Shown piece after piece: positions 33,981 to 44,988 of a DNA stretch of 64,000 bases. Position 1 is the stretch's first letter; each line of letters opens with the position of its first letter. The DNA lies in contig OZ076409.1 of the NCBI GenBank assembly GCA_964187785.1, positions 55,182,001-55,246,000 of the forward strand. The letters run 5' to 3'. The notes under the pieces were generated by a model. The model had not been told where the DNA came from, searched no databases, and saw only the letters and a list, made by a program, of their open reading frames with translations. Made by a program: the position numbers and the translations under genes. The DNA comes from Amphiscolops sp. MND2022 (lineage: Eukaryota).

Positions 33981-34811
33981 ATGAGTGAGTCCTTCACAAT
34001 CACACTCTCTTCTAATGCTTCCCTTGATGTGTATCAGTCGAACACTCTGGCTTCATTCAGGACATGCCTCCCGACTTCCATTGAACTTGATGGCCCGTGG
34101 GAGGTTGCGATCACCGAAATAGCGTATCCCCGGAAGATTTACAACGTACGCGACTCCTACTTTGATTTCTATTGGGATGTAGGTGGAAAGAAGTGGGTCA
34201 AAAACTGCAAATTTGAGAGGGGTGTTTACAACGACGTGCAGGAAATCATTGATGAGATGAATAGAAGCATTCATCGTGCGCGAGGGGCATGGAATAAAGA
34301 AAAGTTGAAAGTTTATTTCAGTTGGAAAATCGATGCCGAAAACAAATTTGTTTTGAATTACCCAAATACTGTCAAATTTGCAAATATGTCGCCCGATCTT
34401 TTCCATATTCTTGGATGTCAGCGGGTGAAGTCTCCCTGGAAGCATCCACCTCATTTTCATGACATGCCATCCTATTTCCCAGTTGATATTCATCATTGGC
34501 ATCAAGTTTACGTGTATGGCGATTTCATCGAACAGCAGTTTGTTGGAAACAGTAGAGCGCCTCTATTGAACACTTTCCCTTTGTTCAACCCTCAGCAGAT
34601 GCCGCCAAGAGATTTGGAGGAGAAACCTGGGGGGAGTTTCGGATACGGCGTTTGTTCTTTCAGGTCTTTTTCAACTCCAGTATTCAAAAAAGTGTCAAAG
34701 AAAACATTGACCGACTTGCTGATAGAATTACGCACTGATACAGGAGATCTGATACCTTTCGTTGGCGTCGGAAGAACAACATTAACTCTTTTATTGAGAA
34801 AGAAGACTTGA
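33981..34811 (+). CDS. Minor capsid protein (penton, single jelly-roll)
   Basis: FTITLSSNAS...NTLASFR..LP..IEL.G.WEVAITEI.YP N-terminus and VYVYGDFIE..FVG...APLL, typical of Maverick pentons. Confidence 0.8.
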   Translation: MSESFTITLSSNASLDVYQSNTLASFRTCLPTSIELDGPWEVAITEIAYPRKIYNVRDSYFDFYWDVGGKKWVKNCKFERGVYNDVQEIIDEMNRSIHRARGAWNKEKLKVYFSWKIDAENKFVLNYPNTVKFANMSPDLFHILGCQRVKSPWKHPPHFHDMPSYFPVDIHHWHQVYVYGDFIEQQFVGNSRAPLLNTFPLFNPQQMPPRDLEEKPGGSFGYGVCSFRSFSTPVFKKVSKKTLTDLLIELRTDTGDLIPFVGVGRTTLTLLLRKKT

Positions 34812-35028
34812 TTTTTTCCATTTTCCTTATCATAACACGCATGGTATTTATTTCCTTTGTTTAGCTTTTAAGTGTTTCAAAAGTGCATGATTGTTACCAC
34901 TGCTTTCTTTGGAGCATTGGCCATTTTTTAAAAGCAAATAAAAAATCCTAATTCATAATTGTATTCTCTTCAGGCCAAACTGGTTGCTTTACTTTTGTGT
35001 CCTGCAAAAAAGTCAACCTGGAGGTGTA

Positions 35029-35544
35029 ATGAGCTATTCTAATCACAACAGACCACAACATCCTACTTTGAATTACTTCCAAGGATCACCATACCGCCAA
35101 TACGGTAGCGGCATAGGTACCGCAATCAAAGCTGGCCTCAAAGGCTTCGTCATTCCCATGGTTAAGCGTTATGGTATTCCTGTGGCAAAGTCTTTTCTAC
35201 AACAGGCAGCGCCAGAAGTTATAAACCTTTTGGACGGAAGTACAAAGCCAAAAGCAGCCATGAAAAATGCAATTAAAAAAACTATCCGACAACAAATGGG
35301 CTCCGGTCGCCGGCGTCGTGTTAGTGGCGTTCCTCGGGGGAAAAAAGGTCGCTACCCGAAACTAAAAAAGAAATCGAAGCTAAAGAAGAAGAAAAGCAAG
35401 CAGCGTCGCCGGAAACCTTTGAAAAAGAAGAAAAAATCGTCACTTGATTCTCTTATCGGACGGAAACCAGTCCGTCGACGGAAAACAAAATCAAAAAAAA
35501 GAAGCCGGCAAGACTTTTTTGCTTCGATAGTTGATCGCGCATGA
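35029..35544 (+). CDS. Basic virion core protein (adenovirus pVII/pX-like)
   Basis: QYGSG and QMGSG protease-site-like motifs, a very K/R-rich C-terminal half, and a position between penton and major capsid. Confidence 0.7.
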   Translation: MSYSNHNRPQHPTLNYFQGSPYRQYGSGIGTAIKAGLKGFVIPMVKRYGIPVAKSFLQQAAPEVINLLDGSTKPKAAMKNAIKKTIRQQMGSGRRRRVSGVPRGKKGRYPKLKKKSKLKKKKSKQRRRKPLKKKKKSSLDSLIGRKPVRRRKTKSKKRSRQDFFASIVDRA

Positions 35545-35614
35545 CCATCTTTTCGTTTGCTACGATAACTGAGATTAAAAACTTTCAACTGTTAATTATA
35601 CTTCACTTTTCATT

Positions 35615-36949
35615 ATGCCTGATACATTTATTTACTCCGAGCCACCAGTACCTGGCATGCATTCAGGACTGTCATTGTTTGGGACCTCTGAGATCCTTGT
35701 CGATTTTCAACGTGGTTATCATGAGGAAATTTTCACTGCAAACAGTGCGGATGGGCCGGTGTTGGAGTTTGATTTCCAGGGGGCCAAAACCGACATTGGA
35801 GGTACAGTAATAGACTTGGTTAATCTTTTCCTGAAATTGGAGGTCAAAATGAAATTTGTTGGCAGAGGTGATGATGACGATGTAACTGATAAGAAACCTG
35901 TTTTTGTTAACAATTTAATGCATAGTTTATTCCAAAATGTAGAGGTTTCCCTTAACGGGACACCAGTGTCGTCAGCAAACAACTTATATCCATACAAAGC
36001 GTTGGTTGAGGCAGAACTTTCGCATAACGCTTCGTGTAAAGAAGGCTGGCTACACTGTCAAGGGTACAGTTTCGAAACAAATCCTGGAGACATTAGTGGT
36101 GATGAGGCATTCAGCAACAGGAAGAAACTAGGTGAAAATTTGACGTCAAAGTGGAGTCTTTACGGTAGAATTGCCGATAACTTCTTGGCAGACAATCATA
36201 AGTTTCTACTTCCTGGTGTCGAGGTCAGAATTCGACTTTATCGCGCACCCGACCAATTTGTGTTGGTCCATGAAGGAGGTGCGAAAGACTCAGCAGGTGA
36301 TTTCTCCTTACAAATTGTAAGCGCCTCTTTGTTGGTTCACAAGCTGGAATTGAAAAATGAGACTTTTCTAACAATCGAGCGAATGTTGTCCAAAAAAGCC
36401 GCTCACTACGATTTTCGTGAGATGGTCCCCAAATCGTTCCTAATCTCCAGCGGCGTCACTATGTATTACAGAGACGACCTCTTCAACCGTGCCCCGATAA
36501 GTCGATTGGTGTTGTTTTTGGTGCCGGAAACTAGCTTCAGTGGTAATTTTGAAACAAATCCTTTCCACTTTCAGCAAATGGACCTCGAGACTGTACGAAT
36601 CAATCGAGAGGGAGCACTTGTAGGGGCCACGCCTTTGCATCTTAATGATAATCTCGTTCGTTCTTATTACAACACTCTGAAGGCAGTTGGTTTTGAACAT
36701 GGTGGTAACGGTATCACTCTTGACAATTTCAATAATCATTTCTGTCTGGTTTTTAAATTAACTGCTGATTACCACATCGAGAACACAATTCGTCCTGAAC
36801 TCACTGGCGCGCGGCTGGGTCTAGAGCTGAAGTTCTCCAAAGCAACAACAAAACCAATTCGTCTCATTTTGATGGGCGAGAGGAGGTCCATCGTTCTCAT
36901 TGATCGCAACAGAGAAGTTATCAAAAACTCCAGTATTTACAATGGTTGA
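35615..36949 (+). CDS. Major capsid protein (double jelly-roll)
   Basis: 444 aa with NNLMHSLF..VEVSLNG..VS...LYPYKA, LLPGVEVRIRL and NPFHFQ motifs typical of Maverick capsids. Confidence 0.88.
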   Translation: MPDTFIYSEPPVPGMHSGLSLFGTSEILVDFQRGYHEEIFTANSADGPVLEFDFQGAKTDIGGTVIDLVNLFLKLEVKMKFVGRGDDDDVTDKKPVFVNNLMHSLFQNVEVSLNGTPVSSANNLYPYKALVEAELSHNASCKEGWLHCQGYSFETNPGDISGDEAFSNRKKLGENLTSKWSLYGRIADNFLADNHKFLLPGVEVRIRLYRAPDQFVLVHEGGAKDSAGDFSLQIVSASLLVHKLELKNETFLTIERMLSKKAAHYDFREMVPKSFLISSGVTMYYRDDLFNRAPISRLVLFLVPETSFSGNFETNPFHFQQMDLETVRINREGALVGATPLHLNDNLVRSYYNTLKAVGFEHGGNGITLDNFNNHFCLVFKLTADYHIENTIRPELTGARLGLELKFSKATTKPIRLILMGERRSIVLIDRNREVIKNSSIYNG

Positions 36950-37422
36950 CAACACTCAGTTAACGGACATAATCAACAAAGACCCAGTACTCAAATTCCG
37001 GTTTCGAGGTTGTTACGCCCGAGATACATTTCCTGCCTTGCAAAAAAATGGATTCATTATTGTGAACACACATCCCTCAACTCAACCTGGTGAACACTGG
37101 CTACTCATCGCTTCGAAAAATGACAGTGTTACTTTACGATAGTTTCGGGAGAGATTTCCGAGAGTATTTTGCGGACATCTTTGCAAAAGTTGGTCGATCC
37201 GTCCGTCCGAGAAATCAAGGTATCTTTCAATACAAGCCATCTTCGACGCTACTTCAGCCTGCTGATAGTCAATTCTGTGGCATATATTGTATTTATTTGG
37301 CACATTTTTACTATAGAACAAAACAGTCACTTACAAGCGAAAAATTGATTCAAATTTCGAGTTTTCCGTCATATGCCACAGAAGAAGACGTTTTGAGATT
37401 TTTAGTCCATCTTTCAAGATAG
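36942..37422 (+). pseudogene. Adenain-like cysteine protease split by one frameshift near 37120
   Basis: IVNTHPSTQPGEHW (His) in one frame; YDSFG (Asp) and LQPADSQFCGIYC (Gln, Cys) in the next. The shift lies at or near an A5 run. Confidence 0.88.
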
Positions 37423-37578
37423 CGCATGATAATATTTCAGCTCAGAGTTTGTAAAATTTGACTGTGCAACTTTACTGACATAATTTTTATCAATGTTTTA
37501 TGTGAAGTATAGTAATTTACGTGTTCAGTATGTTCGTTGTTTTTGTTTCAGTTGCCGAGTAGCCTTAGAGCAGATTTT

Positions 37579-38313
37579 ATGCAGCTGCGAAACTCGTTAA
37601 CGGGTTTGGTTGTGACACCAAACCAATTCGAACGTGCTGATAGCATTTTACGTTCGATTTCCGCAATGCTCTCTGTGAGCTCGCGGACAGGGTCCCGTAT
37701 TCCTCCCCCGGCCAATGCGGAAATGAGCTTGCCATCGTTTAATTCATTTCTGAACGACCTCTTGTTGCAGCCGCTTCCAGAACAGCAGCCGGAAGAGACA
37801 GCTACAGAAGCTAGCATATCGTCTCCCGAAGTCACCTCCGATGCGGCCCCTGTCCCAAAAAGACGAAAACGTCAATTGACAGAGGCCGAAGTCAAAGAGA
37901 AACTTTTGTCCGGCTTGCAATCACCGTCATCATCACCTGCGCTACGAAATGAAAACTTATTTGATCGTTCTGTGGACTTCGGGCAAGTCTGCCGAAGAAT
38001 ACTTCAGCTCGAGCGCGAGCAGAATTTAGGTCTGATAGACCAAGTTTTTTATATCGGAGGAATGGTTGTGGAAGTGCTCCAGCACCAACTCGCAACAAAA
38101 AATTGCGCTCGCATTGCCAGCGAGCTTCAGAAGTTCGGTGTCTTCCTGGGAAAGACCAAAGTCGCGGAGGCAAAAAGAATATACGAGCTCTGTAAAATGT
38201 TCCCGAAACTGAGGCGTGTTCGCACGGGATTCTCGCCGATGGAGCTTACACAGAGCGTTCGGCATTTCGAGAACATTTGTTCATCCGACCGCGACTTCTG
38301 GTCTCAGGAGTAG
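37579..38313 (+). CDS. Hypothetical Polinton right-end protein
   Basis: Long ORF (open from 37537) with a PKRRKR NLS-like motif. It ends 135 bp before the right TIR. Confidence 0.6.
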   Translation: MQLRNSLTGLVVTPNQFERADSILRSISAMLSVSSRTGSRIPPPANAEMSLPSFNSFLNDLLLQPLPEQQPEETATEASISSPEVTSDAAPVPKRRKRQLTEAEVKEKLLSGLQSPSSSPALRNENLFDRSVDFGQVCRRILQLEREQNLGLIDQVFYIGGMVVEVLQHQLATKNCARIASELQKFGVFLGKTKVAEAKRIYELCKMFPKLRRVRTGFSPMELTQSVRHFENICSSDRDFWSQE

Positions 38314-38447
38314 CCAACTCCCTGCTCTGCATGCGAACAAATTCCTTTATTTTTCTACTATCCCCTACTTTATCATCAAATATTTATTCCCAGCAGCAAA
38401 CAGAGGTTTGAAGTTTTAAAAGTGTTTGTTAAAATTTTATTCAATAT

Positions 38448-38502
38448 AAATTTGGGTTAAAACTGTTCTAAGTACCTGGTTTATTTGCGGCTGTATTCTT
38501 CT
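38448..38502 (-). repeat. Polinton right terminal inverted repeat
   Basis: Reverse complement of 14411-14465, followed by TSD GATGTA. Confidence 0.95.
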
Positions 38503-39285
38503 GATGTATTATGGTCTTACAGATAATTGAGATGTATAAATATTCGCCACAATGCAAGTCACAGGACAAAAACCCATTATCAACCAATCAATCAAGTTTT
38601 CCAATTGGTTCGCGAGAATTCGTTTGAGCACAGGTTCCAAGGAATTTTTTTGATGAACCAGTATTAACTAATATTTTGGTGCCATGAAATGCATGTTGAA
38701 TTAGCCAATCAGATGGGCATGTTTCTGAATTCCCTGTTCAGTGCAGGGGTTACCCGGACAGAAATCTTTGAATAACAAGCAAACAGACAATGGCTAACTG
38801 AAATAAAATATAGGCCTCTCGGCATGTTAAGGGCGACCCGTTTCAACATTACGATACATATCCCCGCAAGCAAGTTCCCAGATCTTGCGACTTGCATTAA
38901 TAACCAATCACAGTGAGTTATTATTATAAATACAGTTTTACACTTTTGTCATATTACGCTTGAAGTGGTTGCATATAAATCAGCTGTCAACTAGCTACCA
39001 TAGTCCCCTATATGTTCCATAGACCACGAGGCTTGTTATTCTCCTCCTCTTGCTGATGTTTAACCATTTATTGTTTGAATCATCACTGAAACTGCGAGGA
39101 TGCTCTGCAGCTTGCAGCACAACACCAAAAATGGGCTTACCACTGTAGAGTTTCCACCGTAGAAAGGAAGGATCAATTCAGTACAATTTGGAACAAAAAA
39201 ACCTTGACAGAGACTAAACCTCCTTACCCATATGCGATTACCTTGATATTTTTGCACATCTAGAGACAGAATGAATGAAAGATAC

Positions 39286-39372
39286 CTGGTTAGTGTTGCT
39301 GTTGAAGTCCACGCAGGTGATGATGAGCTCGTGCAAGTTGACAAGGCGACACTTCAAACTCGAGTTTGCGCC
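39286..39372 (-). CDS. WDR31: WDR31-like gene, coding exon 3
   Basis: GANSSLKCRLVNLHELIITCVDFNSNTNQ corresponds to WDR31 GHAMVVTGLAVSPDSSQ. The CAG|GTATC donor is phase 0, joining LLTGSRD. The acceptor is less certain. Confidence 0.7.
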
Positions 39373-40939
39373 CTACGATTGTTCAATGCCACCAAACAGC
39401 ACAGAAACGGATGGGCGCCATAGTTAGGTTAGCTTCGCTCGGAAGCTGAGACCATGTATGTGAACTACGTTCAGGCTACAAACTTTTGAAGCTTATGTAG
39501 CCAACGAAACTCATTATAGCCAAGTCGAATCTCATGAACGACAGACAAGTTAACCCCTCCCCTCGCCCTCAACTTAGTTCAAACTATGTAGAACCGGAAA
39601 GAGTCGAAAACGCAATGTATAGATTTTCATTGACACAATGCCAATGAAATAGTATCAGAAATATTACACTGGAAATATTCCTAGGTAATTTGCTGTGATT
39701 CGATCGTGAGAAAATGAAATTTGAACTTCGACGGGAACTTCGTTTCTATTGCTACTCGAAAAGCAAATTATTTATTATAGAAATATATTTGGGAGAGGCT
39801 AAAAGCCTTAGCTTTTATCACTTTTGATTAGGTTCTGAAAAACCAATCTCAGAAACTCATGTTTAAGAACAGCGATTTTTATTCAGATGTAATATTCAAG
39901 TGATCCCAAAAAAATCATTGGAAAACGGGTTTCTCAGAGCAATTGTAGCATTTGAACAAAACATCTAGGGGGGCAAAACATTTTACCAATACCAAAACCA
40001 CAACGGAAGTTGAGGCCACATTAGACATTAAATCTCAGCGTCTATGGGACACGAGTTTCAGCAAAACTTTTATCGACGTGAAAACTTTGAACGCCCATAC
40101 GAAATACATTCGAGAGAAATGAAAACTACAAACGACCACTAAGAATTTTGTAAAACAAAAAACACCAACCATTTTGATTTTCTTTCCGAGACGAGCCCGA
40201 TAATACCAGTGAACTTCAAAACGCTGTCAAAAAAGTTGATACTGTTGCATACATTGATTTATGTAGCATCCATTCAATCCAAAAGCCTGACTTGATTCCA
40301 GTTTAGTCACTATTGAAGAAAATTCTTTTAGCATTGAAGTTATACGAAAAGGGTTGGCGTGACTAAGGTCTGGGTAGCACTGTCACATCAACAAAAAGCC
40401 CGTTCAAAATTAGCTACCCTATCATCGTTATTTCTAAATTCCCCATTGAGGACGTTATTGAAAGCATTTTTTCGCCGAAACAGCACGATTCAAACTGCGA
40501 AAAAAGATTGCTAACTCTCGACGAACCTACTGAATGTTTCGTTATGGTGTTCTTTCGTCGTAGATTAAAGAAAAGCATTATAGCAGTTTACATCACAGAA
40601 AGTACGTACTAGGATAGAATGGGATGTACCGACGCAAAGAAACGTGCAATAGAAACAAAAACTTTAGAATTATTTTCAAAACTATTATTTTATTACGATA
40701 TATGGGTAGAAAGACAAAAATAACGGAGCAGAAACCGAATTCAAATCTTTCTACTACTACTCAAACTAGTTGTAAGGCTTTCCCCAGTGCTTCTTATTTA
40801 TTAGTCTTTGCAACCAACGTATGGCTTTGAGCAATCCTCTCCGGGTTATTTGAAGAACTTTTACGAATTTTGCGAAAGTGCGGAGTGAGTGGTTTACCGG
40901 GCACTTATTATATATAATACATATTTTTGATGACTAACG

Positions 40940-41005
40940 TTTAGCGGCCTAGTGGTTAATACCCTGATTTTCTGAGGTCCAGAGGTTCGAATCCTGGGGT
41001 CCATG
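40940..41005 (+). repeat. tRNA-like SINE head fragment
   Basis: A-box-like GGCCTAGTGG and B-box GGTTCGAATCC. Confidence 0.4.
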
Positions 41006-41131
41006 TAAATTTTCATTTTGAGCACATTCCTCCCTTTAAAACGCAAGTTATATATGCACAAACTAATGAAACAAACCCGACAAATGACCTAATAAATTCT
41101 GTAAATGAAGTAAGACAGATAACAGAACCAC

Positions 41132-41268
41132 TCCCTTTGTAAACTGAAAAATCTCTTGAGAAGCGGCGTCGCCTGTTGATGGTGAATTGAACAACCGTTC
41201 CTTCAGGTCCCAGTAGCATAAAGAGCAGTCACGGGATACAGAGAACAATAAAGCGTCTTTTTCCGAGA
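41132..41268 (-). CDS. WDR31: WDR31-like gene, coding exon 2
   Basis: LLFSVSRDCSLCYWDL matches WDR31 FFSASRDRMVMMWDL. The tttcAG acceptor is in phase with exon 1. Donor position uncertain. Confidence 0.8.
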
Positions 41269-41727
41269 CTGAAACACAAAAATAACAGCACACAGTGTTG
41301 AAACATTTCAATTCGCTAGAATTCGATTGTTACCGTTTTCACTCGTAGACATTGCACAAAATGCTCTACTCAAACACATGGAAGAAATTCAGGAGCGCGA
41401 TATGAACGAGGGCTCATTACTGCATGTAAAATATAAAGACAACTTAATTCAATACTGTCTCAATTTTTCGTTTTCAATAGAAATTTTTATTATGGGCGAA
41501 CATGTTCAACAACGTTTATCATGTCAAGCATTGCAGTTAACATCATCTAACTTTTAACAACTAACATTCGCTGGAAAACATCAGTCGAAAAAGTGATAGA
41601 TGGAAAAATAGGAGATGTGGCCGCAAAAAGTTTACACCAATATGACAGTCTGAATCGTCAAAAAAGATTTTGAAGTTTGTGTCCACACCGTTTGATAATC
41701 CATTATTATCATGTGATAATAGATTTC

Positions 41728-44700
41728 AACAGGCAAGAAGACGGGAACGTCTCAAGTCAGCGCTATACAAAGGCTCAAAAAGTTTTTGAAATATGCTCAG
41801 GACGTTATGAAACTCACAAAAAAGTTCGAAAACACCAAAAGGTGCCTTTCATGCTCGGAAAACACTTCAGAAGTGCGGATATAGCGTGCTGGAACAAACG
41901 GGAGCGCTTGTTTTCGAACCTCCGCCTCCTCCTTGGTAAACCGGACATAACTTCGGATATAACGCCAAAATTCGGAAACAGCGCTTTTCTTCGGATATTA
42001 CGTCTACAAAACCTAATAGACATTTACAAATATCAGACTATATACATTTACAAAACCTAATATTAGACGAAAAATGAGAATTTGGAACAGTCTAACAGTG
42101 CCGAAAAATTTAAAAGGGAGACTCTGGGATTTCCAAACATCCAGTTGCAAAATATCAAAAATTGAAGGGGGACCCCTTGGAGAGATTAAAAGAATTCGAA
42201 AAATTCCCGTTTTCAGGCGAAAAATGAGAATTTTGAAACTGTCTCATAGCGCCGAAAAAGTAAAAAGGGGGACCCTTTGGAGACATGAAAAAAATTCGAA
42301 AAAGTCTCACAGTGCCGAAAAAATTCAAAGGGGGCCTTTTGGTCTTGTCCGGTTTTGTATATTACGTTTAAAAAGTAAAAAAATGAAAGGGGGGATCCTT
42401 TGCAACATCTGGTGCGTTTCCCAGGTATTTGTTTAGTTGATCAAACTGAAAAAAAATTTCGTCGCATTCGAGTCTGTCGCAAAGAAAAACAAACAAGAAA
42501 AAACATAGGCGACTGCAACTGCCATTGCGCGACGGCTCCGAGCAGACGACCTCTTTGAGAGAGCTCAGGAGTAATGGGTTCTACGAAAGTGCGCCCAAGC
42601 ACCCCAATTGCATGGGGTACATCAAAATATTTTCGCAAAAAAAAAACATATTTTTGTCGCAAAAAATCCAAAACTTTTCCGATTTTTATGCGCCATTTTC
42701 TCAACGACCAATGATCGTAGGATAATGAAACTTTCATGAGGTTAGAGAAGACATCCACTTGCGTCGGTCGGAGCTAATTATGAGCCGGTTCGGTGTCGTT
42801 TAAGTAGTAAAATTGAGCCAAATCTACATTTACAAAATTTTTTCGCTAAAAACCCAAAAACTTTTCCAATTTACATTCCCTATTTTCTCAACGACCAATG
42901 ATCGAAGGATAATGAAACTTCCATGAGCTTAGAGAAGACATTCTCTTGCGTCAGTCGGTACCAATTATGAGCCGGTTCGATTCGTTTAAGTAGTAAAATT
43001 GAGCAAAATCTTTTTAGAAAATTTTTTCGAAAAAAAACCCAAAAAATTCCCGATTTTTATTCGCCATTTTCTCAACGCCCAATAATTGTAAAATAATGAA
43101 ACTTGCACGACCTTAAAGAAGACATCCTCTTGCGTCAGTTGGTACCTATTTTGAGACGGTTCGATATGGTTCAAGTGGAAAAATTACGCAAAATCGGAAA
43201 AAACCCTAAAAATTTTCGCAAAAATCATGTTTTCGAAGCTAATATAATCGCCCAGGCGGAAAATTTTCGGAACCTTCTTACATGGCCAGAAAGGGCATTC
43301 ACTTGCGGATCTTTTTTTGAAACTTTGAATTGTCTCGGAGAAATAGGCTTGGAGAAAAATAGCCGAAACTTTTACAAATGCAGAGGGATGTCACGTTTTG
43401 GCGAAAAAAAAACATAGGCGCGACGGCATGTCGCGCTTGGGCACGAGCAGAAACGTTCAATGGTCTGCAGAAGGTGTTACAAATTCTTTGTGTTCCAGGG
43501 CTCACAACCTCGTGAACTTATCCAATCTCAGATGAGGATACTTTGATGAAAGCTAAAAAGATGAAGGAAATTTTTTTAAGAAGAGAAATGAAAAAATGTA
43601 TTTTTGGCAAAAACCCGAAGGCGTCATACTTGATGACGAATACTTGGGTGGTACAAAAAAAACCTATATCCTTGCTGTTTGTCTTGAGGAAGAATGGCTT
43701 CTGTATCTTTCGTCAGTTTTGAGAAATATGAGCTACAAATGAAAAAAAAATTTTCGAAATTTTTTTAAATCCCTTTTTCTGCCCAAAAAGCGAAGTCGAA
43801 AAAAATTTTTTGACGCCATTTTTAGGTGAAAATGTAATCTATGAAACGCTTGTATATTATACGAAACCATGAACCCTGTATCTGGTCTCGGTTCTGAGAA
43901 ATAGGGGATGGAAGATGAAAAACAGTCAAAAATAGCGTTTTTTCAAAATTTCTTTTCAAAAAAAACCATAAAGCCGCATTTTTCTTGCAAATTGTTTTGA
44001 CGCAATTGTAGCCGAGGATCCTGCGCAACTTTTAGCTAGGATAAAGGTTTTTCGTATCTCTTTTCAGTTCTGGGAAAAATCAGTTACAAATTATAAAAAA
44101 ATGGGAAATTTTTGAAATTTCTTCTTCATCCCTTTATTTGCCCAGAAAAACCAGAGCGAAAAAAATTCGACAACATTCACTGCTTTAAAGGCAGAATACT
44201 GAGCCCTAGAACAAATTATGAAACCATGGACTGCGTATTTGTTCTCGGTCTTGAGATATAGGGGCTCAAGTATAAAATAATTAGGAAAATTTTTCAAAAA
44301 AAAACAAGTATTTTTAGCAGAAAAACGAACGCGTCATACGTGATGACGGAAACTATGTTGGTACAAAACCTAGCTTACATCCTTGCTGTTTATCTTGAGG
44401 GAGAATGGTTTCTGTATCTTTCGTCAGTTTTGAGAAATATGAGCTACAAATGAGAAAAAATTTTTCGACACTTTTTTTCATCCATTTTTTTGCCCAAAAA
44501 ACGAAGTCTGAAAAAAAATTTCGACGCCAATTTTGACCGAAAATGTAGCCTATGAAACGCTTGTAAATTACACGAAACCATGGACCCTGTATTTGATCCT
44601 GGTTCTGAGAAATAGGGGTTCAAACATAAAAAATAGTCAAAAATAGCGTTTTTTCAAAACTTCTTTTAAAAAAAAACCATGAAGCCGATTTTTTTTCGAA

Positions 44701-44988
44701 AATTTTTTTGGGCGAAAATGTAGCCCAGGAACCTGCGCAACTTTTAGCGGAAACATGGCGTCCGTATCTGTTATGGGTTTTAAGAAATTTGCCTCACAAG
44801 TTTGAAAAATTGGCACATGTCACGAAATCTGCGAAAAAAAAACGTCACCATATGGGCAATCTCGCTCCGCTCGTGCCCCAAAAACTAAACGCAAACAATA
44901 AGGCCCCTCGCTTCGCTCGTCGCCTTAAAAACCAGTGACTGTGACAGTCGGGCTCTTTTATTAATTATATCAAGGAGCGGACTAAAAA
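41728..44988 (+). mobile_element. HINE-like element interrupted by a nested second element
   Basis: Family 5' end (GACGGGAACGTCTCAAGTCAGCGC) near 41740 and 3' hairpin (AGTCGGGCTCTTT...AAGGAGCGGACT) near 44945-44985. Closely related to the 63008-63903 copy. Confidence 0.6.
42492..44926 (+). mobile_element. Nested HINE-like element of a second family with internal duplications
   Basis: AACAAG start, AGGCGAC/GTCGCCT subterminal inverted repeat, ~185-bp units x3 (42660-43180) and an internal duplication offset by ~720 bp. Inserted in an A-run. Confidence 0.55.

Larger units (their letters stand above)
14411..38502 (+). mobile_element. Complete Polinton/Maverick (adintovirus-like endogenous DNA virus), 24,092 bp
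   Basis: 55-bp perfect TIRs starting AGAAGAATACAGCCGC, AG...CT ends, 6-bp TSD GATGTA (14405-14410 and 38503-38508). Encodes pPolB, ATPase, integrase, two capsid proteins and a protease. Confidence 0.97.

Noticed and set aside
39600..40560. Possible ancient Polinton polymerase remnant
   Set aside because: Only faint fragments (FIDT-, PYE-like) and no sustained frame.
42074..44938. Short K/F-rich ORFs in repeats (also 2290-2924, 10098-10504, 53433-55158)
   Set aside because: These are chance frames within non-coding repeat families.
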